From positions 1 through 10,425 of the forward strand of contig JARRQT010000122.1 in assembly GCA_037381445.1 (NCBI GenBank): 10,425 nt of DNA, read 5' to 3'. This document shows, piece by piece, positions 6,797-10,425 of the stretch. The DNA comes from Calditrichia bacterium. Its GTDB lineage: Bacteria > Calditrichota > Calditrichia > RBG-13-44-9. How positions within the stretch are numbered: the stretch's first letter is position 1; each line of letters begins with the position of its first letter. A program made the translations under genes and the position numbers. The notes under the pieces were generated by a model. That model ran no database searches, had not been told where the DNA came from, and saw only the letters and a list, made by a program, of their open reading frames with translations.

Positions 6797-8359
6797 TCAA
6801 TGTTTAAAATGGCGGATTCCTGTGAAGAGCATCGCCATGTTATGTTCTTTTGCCGCTACAATCACTTCTTCATCCCGGATAGAGCCACCCGGCTGAATGA
6901 CGGCAACAATTCCAGCCTTATAAGCCTCGTCAACGCCATCCCGGAAAGGGAAAAATGCATCGGACGCCATGCAGGCGCCCTGCAGATGGTGCCCGGCATC
7001 GCGTGCCTTTTCGGCTGCCAGTTTCACAGAATCAACCCGGGACATTTGCCCGGCCCCGACTCCCAGCAGTTGACCGTTTTTCACAAAAATGATCGCATTC
7101 GATTTTACATGCTTAACAATTTTCCACGCAAACAACAAGTCTGCCTTTTCCCGTTCATCCGGCTCCCTTCCCGAGACCGTAGAGAGTTTTTCAGGATCAT
7201 AATCCTTGGCGTCCGCCTGCTGAACCAGCAAACCGACCGGCAAATATTTATATTCCTGCGGCGCATCCTTTTCTGTAAAAAGGGCCCGTTCCAAAATCCG
7301 AAGATTCTTCTTTTTCTTCAATGTTTCCAGGGCCGCATCCTCATATCCCGGCGCAATGACGCATTCATAAAAAGACTGGCGGATCAAATCGGCTGTCTCC
7401 CTGTCAACCCGGCGGTTGACTGCAACAATCCCGCCATAGGCGGAAACGGCATCGGTCGCCAGCGCCTTCCGGAAAGCTTCCGGAAGGCTCGCTGCGCTTG
7501 CCGCGCCGCAGGGATTGGTATGCTTAATGATTGCAACCATCGGATCGGTGAATTCCGAAACCAGACTGTAAGCGGCGGTGACATCAACATAATTGTTGTA
7601 AGACATCTCCTTGCCCCAGTGCTGCTTCAATCCATTTGCGGAAGCGCCGCTCTGTGTGAATTTATCATACAGTGCCGCCTGCTGATGGGGATTTTCGCCG
7701 TACCGCAAATCCTCTTTTTTAATGAAAAATTGACTGAAGCGCGGAGCCAGCGATTTTCCCGACAGGGTGTCGTCCAGATATGAAGCGATCTGTGAATCAT
7801 AATAGGCAGAATAGAAGAAGGCATCTGCCGCGCACTGACGACGGAAATCAAAGGAAATGCTGCCGCCGTTTTTCTCCAGCTCTTTCAGAAAATCCTGATA
7901 CTGCGCAGGACGGTGCAAAATTGTCACGTAGGCAAAATTCTTGGCCGCCGCCCTCAGCATGGCCGGTCCGCCAATGTCAATCAGCTCCACCATTTCATCC
8001 AGCTTTTTCCCTTCCGTATTCACATTTTCCAGAAAAGGATAAAGGTTCACCACCACCAGATCAATCGGCTTTATGCCGCGTTCGCGAAGCTGGGAAATAT
8101 GCTCCGGCGTTCGCTTCGCCAGAATCGCACCGTGAATAAAGGGGTGGAGCGTCTTTACCCGGCCATCCAGCATTTCCGGAAAACCCGTGATGTCTTCCAC
8201 TTTCGTGACCGGAATGTGATTTTTCTGCAGATATACCGCCGTCCCACCGCTGGAAATAATTTCCACGCCTCTGCCGGAGAGTTCCGCTGCCAGTGTCTCC
8301 ACACCGGTTTTATCCCAGCAACTGATGAGGGCGCGCTGAATCGTTATTTTTGTATTCAT
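6797..8359 (-). CDS. purH: Bifunctional AICAR transformylase / IMP cyclohydrolase, 520 aa
   Basis: GRVKTLHP, IDIGGPAMLRAAAKN, LRYGENPHQ, SYNN, KHTNPCG, VKSNAI, GQMSRVDS, ASDAFFPF, QPGGSIRD and C-terminal RHFKH. Confidence 0.98.
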   Translation of the reverse strand: MNTKITIQRALISCWDKTGVETLAAELSGRGVEIISSGGTAVYLQKNHIPVTKVEDITGFPEMLDGRVKTLHPFIHGAILAKRTPEHISQLRERGIKPIDLVVVNLYPFLENVNTEGKKLDEMVELIDIGGPAMLRAAAKNFAYVTILHRPAQYQDFLKELEKNGGSISFDFRRQCAADAFFYSAYYDSQIASYLDDTLSGKSLAPRFSQFFIKKEDLRYGENPHQQAALYDKFTQSGASANGLKQHWGKEMSYNNYVDVTAAYSLVSEFTDPMVAIIKHTNPCGAASAASLPEAFRKALATDAVSAYGGIVAVNRRVDRETADLIRQSFYECVIAPGYEDAALETLKKKKNLRILERALFTEKDAPQEYKYLPVGLLVQQADAKDYDPEKLSTVSGREPDEREKADLLFAWKIVKHVKSNAIIFVKNGQLLGVGAGQMSRVDSVKLAAEKARDAGHHLQGACMASDAFFPFRDGVDEAYKAGIVAVIQPGGSIRDEEVIVAAKEHNMAMLFTGIRHFKH

Positions 8360-8387
8360 AACAAGATATTCTTTGTTTTATTCAGAA

Positions 8388-9017
8388 TTATTGGGTATCC
8401 GGTTTGAAAACAACCCGGTTGCCCGACACCTCGAAATCGCAAGTCAATAGTTTCCGGAGCGCTTCACTGTAGACGATATGTTCAACCCGGAGGACCGTTT
8501 CGGCAATTTCCTCCGGCGAGCGGCAGTCTTCGATATTCACAGAACGCTGCATTACAATTGGGCCCCTATCATATTCAGTATTGACCAAATGAACCGTCAC
8601 GCCGCTGATTTTCGCGCCGGAATCATAAACGGCCTGGTGGACGCGCTGTCCGTACATGCCGCTTCCCCCAAAGGAAGGCAATAGGGCTGGATGGATATTG
8701 ACAATCCGGTTGGCATATGCGCCAACAACATTATCCGGAATTTTCTTCAAATAGCCCGCCAGAACAATCCACTCCGTGTCATGCTTTTTGAGGATCTGCA
8801 AAAGCGCTTCACCAAACAGGTTGGGTGCTGCGTAATTTTTGGGGGATTCTGTATATACGGGAAGTTTTTTCTGTCTGGCAAAATCGATTGCGCCCGCATG
8901 TTCATTGTCAGTGATCAGGCACCTGATCCTGGCCGGAATTTTCCCCTCGGCAATGCTCTGGTAAATTCGCACGAAATTGCTGCCTCTTCCCGAGGCAAAA
9001 ACAGCAATATTTTTCAC
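8388..9017 (-). CDS. purN: Phosphoribosylglycinamide (GAR) formyltransferase, 209 aa
   Basis: IAVFASGRGSN, VLAGY, NIHPALLPSFGG and SGVTVHLVNTEYDRGPI. GTG start with SD GAGGA (9028-9024) 6 nt upstream. Confidence 0.97.
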   Translation of the reverse strand: MKNIAVFASGRGSNFVRIYQSIAEGKIPARIRCLITDNEHAGAIDFARQKKLPVYTESPKNYAAPNLFGEALLQILKKHDTEWIVLAGYLKKIPDNVVGAYANRIVNIHPALLPSFGGSGMYGQRVHQAVYDSGAKISGVTVHLVNTEYDRGPIVMQRSVNIEDCRSPEEIAETVLRVEHIVYSEALRKLLTCDFEVSGNRVVFKPDTQ

Positions 9018-9039
9018 TTATAGTCCTCAACTTAGAAAG

Positions 9040-9071
9040 CAAATATAACATGATATGCTGTGGGTGTCAAA
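9040..9071 (-). promoter_or_regulatory. Promoter of the purN-purH-mreB transcript
   Basis: Minus strand TTGACA (9070-9065), 17 bp, then TATATT (9047-9042), with an extended -10 TGn. The predicted start site near 9035 gives a very short leader. Confidence 0.8.
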
Positions 9072-9138
9072 TGCAAAAGTAAGTGATAAATCACCCGATT
9101 TGCGATGATTTTCTGTGCCGCGGATAATTTAATGTGAA

Positions 9139-10029
9139 TTAAATTTCCCACTCAAGGCGAAACGGCTGTGCGTTCATTTTTGCAGACACGCCGACCGGAA
9201 GCGGACAGGAATTTTCGAAGTGCCCATAAGGGAAACCTGTGACGACCGGGAGATCGGCAGGAAACAGATACGCCAGATCGCTCCAGACCTCCAGCGGCTC
9301 ATTTTTATCCTTGAAATGGCCCAGGATCAACCCCTTCACTCTGTCCAAAACTCCTGCCAGCTTTAGCTGCATCAGCAGACGTTCCAGACGGTAGAGCGGC
9401 TCATTGATATCCTCCAGAAACAGGATGAAAGGAGGAAGTTCCGGAAAATATGGAGTTCCCAGAAGACTATTGATGAGAGCCAGCGTTCCGCCAATCAGCA
9501 AACCCTCCGTTTCGCCTGTTCTTGCCGCCGATAGTGGATCGTCCAGAAAATCATCAGCCGCAATTGATTTTCTATTCCCGGAAAGCATGTCAAAAAACAG
9601 CGAGATATGTGGATTACTTAGCCGCAACTGTGAGGTTAAAGTCATTCCGGAAATGGAAGGCAAACCGACCTTTGCCCACAGCGCCCATTGAAGCGCGGTA
9701 ATATCGCTGAAGCCGATCAGCAATTTTCTTTGCGCACTCCATAACTGAAAATCGATTTCGGGCAGCAGTTGGCTGCTTCCCATGCCGCCCCGGACTGCAT
9801 AAATCCCTTTAACTTCCGGATTATGCAGGAAGGAGTGGATATCTTCAATCCGGTCACGGATGGTGCCCGAAAAATAACGGTATTTTTGAAACAGGTGGTT
9901 ACTAAAAAGGACTTCAAATCCATATTGTTGAAGGACCCGGACGCCAGCTTCGATATTCGATTGATTTACGGGACCAGCCGGTGCGACCAGGCCGATTTTA
10001 TCACCCGCTTTCAGTACCGGCAAAGTCAT
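9139..10029 (-). CDS. LD-carboxypeptidase (peptidase S66 / LdcA-MccF family), about 296 aa
   Basis: LKAGDKIGLVAPAGP, RGG, nucleophile motif IGFSDIT, GGTL, LFLEDINE (Glu) and YGH (His). ATG at 10029 (MTLPVLK) is preferred over 10089: GGAG lies upstream and the overlap with the ROK gene falls to 29 nt. Confidence 0.9.
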   Translation of the reverse strand: MTLPVLKAGDKIGLVAPAGPVNQSNIEAGVRVLQQYGFEVLFSNHLFQKYRYFSGTIRDRIEDIHSFLHNPEVKGIYAVRGGMGSSQLLPEIDFQLWSAQRKLLIGFSDITALQWALWAKVGLPSISGMTLTSQLRLSNPHISLFFDMLSGNRKSIAADDFLDDPLSAARTGETEGLLIGGTLALINSLLGTPYFPELPPFILFLEDINEPLYRLERLLMQLKLAGVLDRVKGLILGHFKDKNEPLEVWSDLAYLFPADLPVVTGFPYGHFENSCPLPVGVSAKMNAQPFRLEWEI

Positions 10030-10423
10030 GCGCCGCTGCTCCCAGCAGTCCGGCCCGGTTGCCCAGACTGGCCGCTTTAATTTCGACATCCTTTTGACTG
10101 GCTTCCATGGCGCGGCGGAAGGCGGATTTTCTGATACCTTCGATAAACCAGTTACCTGCCTCGCTGATGCCGCCGCCGATGATTACCATTTCAGGATTGA
10201 AAATATTAAGGATATTCGAAATCCCGGCGCCGATGTATTCTGTGATCTGCTTAATCACTTTCTCCGCGGCCTTCTCGCCCTCATGATAGCGGTCGAAAAT
10301 TTCCCGGGAATCCCCAACCTGATTATCATGGTTTTCGCGGTTATAATCCTTGACCATGGCCGAAGCGGAAGCATACTGTTCCCAGCATCCCGTTCCGCCG
10401 CAGTTGCAGGCCCTTCCGTCAAA
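10001..10423 (-). CDS. ROK-family sugar kinase (glucokinase/GlcNAc-kinase-like), C-terminal part; 5' end outside the window
   Basis: The frame stays open upstream of the listed ATG at 10357 and reads FDGRACNCGGTGCWEQYASASAM, the ROK zinc motif CxCGxxGCxE. It also contains FNPEMVIIGGGIS and ASLGNRAGLLGAA. A ROK repressor cannot be excluded without the N-terminus. Confidence 0.9.
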   Translation of the reverse strand, partial: FDGRACNCGGTGCWEQYASASAMVKDYNRENHDNQVGDSREIFDRYHEGEKAAEKVIKQITEYIGAGISNILNIFNPEMVIIGGGISEAGNWFIEGIRKSAFRRAMEASQKDVEIKAASLGNRAGLLGAAAHDFAGTESG

Positions 10424-10425
10424 GA

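Noticed and set aside
6800..8407. Long plus-strand ORFs (327 aa at 6800-7783 and 164 aa at 7913-8407) antisense to purH
   Set aside because: Both share codon boundaries with purH, so they stay open wherever purH avoids TTA, CTA and TCA codons. They have no recognisable motifs.
9018..9138. ZMP/ZTP (pfl) or purine riboswitch upstream of purN-purH
   Set aside because: The promoter leaves a leader of only about 18 nt, the purN-purH gap is 28 bp, and no aptamer motif is visible.
219..10080. Other short ORFs overlapping the called genes on either strand
   Set aside because: They lie essentially within well-conserved genes and show no recognisable motifs. They are shadow ORFs.
10030..10089. 20-aa N-terminal extension of the S66 peptidase in the ORF track
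   Set aside because: It overlaps the conserved ROK C-terminus (ASLGNRAGLLGAA). ATG 10029 has an SD and gives a typical family N-terminus.
10036..10397. 17/22-nt similarity between 10036-10057 and 10376-10397, giving CWEQ in two different frames
   Set aside because: Each segment is explained by a separate conserved ROK motif in the real reading frame. It is short, GC-rich and most likely coincidental.

Overview
A housekeeping region with every supported gene on the minus strand. In transcription order: a ROK-family sugar kinase (5'-truncated by the window edge), an S66 LD-carboxypeptidase, purN, purH, mreB, mreC, mreD, mrdA (PBP2), rodA, a divergent lgt, and the first five codons of a further gene. 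The purH-mreBCD-mrdA-rodA order is known from Bacteroidota and relatives. Clear Shine-Dalgarno sites and TTGACA-type promoters point to a non-Bacteroidia relative such as Calditrichota, KSB1 or Ignavibacteria (inference only). I found no mobile element, CRISPR array, tRNA/rRNA or recognisable riboswitch, and no clearly new multi-gene system. The least explained signals are small. (1) A 383-bp mreB-mreC gap contains a terminator, an internal promoter bracketed by an 18-bp direct repeat 94 bp apart, and a structured leader. (2) A 14-codon ORF with a good SD is coupled to the rodA start. (3) The purN promoter fits both the sigma70 and the Bacteroidota consensus. (4) The Lgt lacks several residues conserved in E. 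coli Lgt. (5) PBP2 has a Cys3His zinc-site motif and a tail rich in D-S/T-L sequons.
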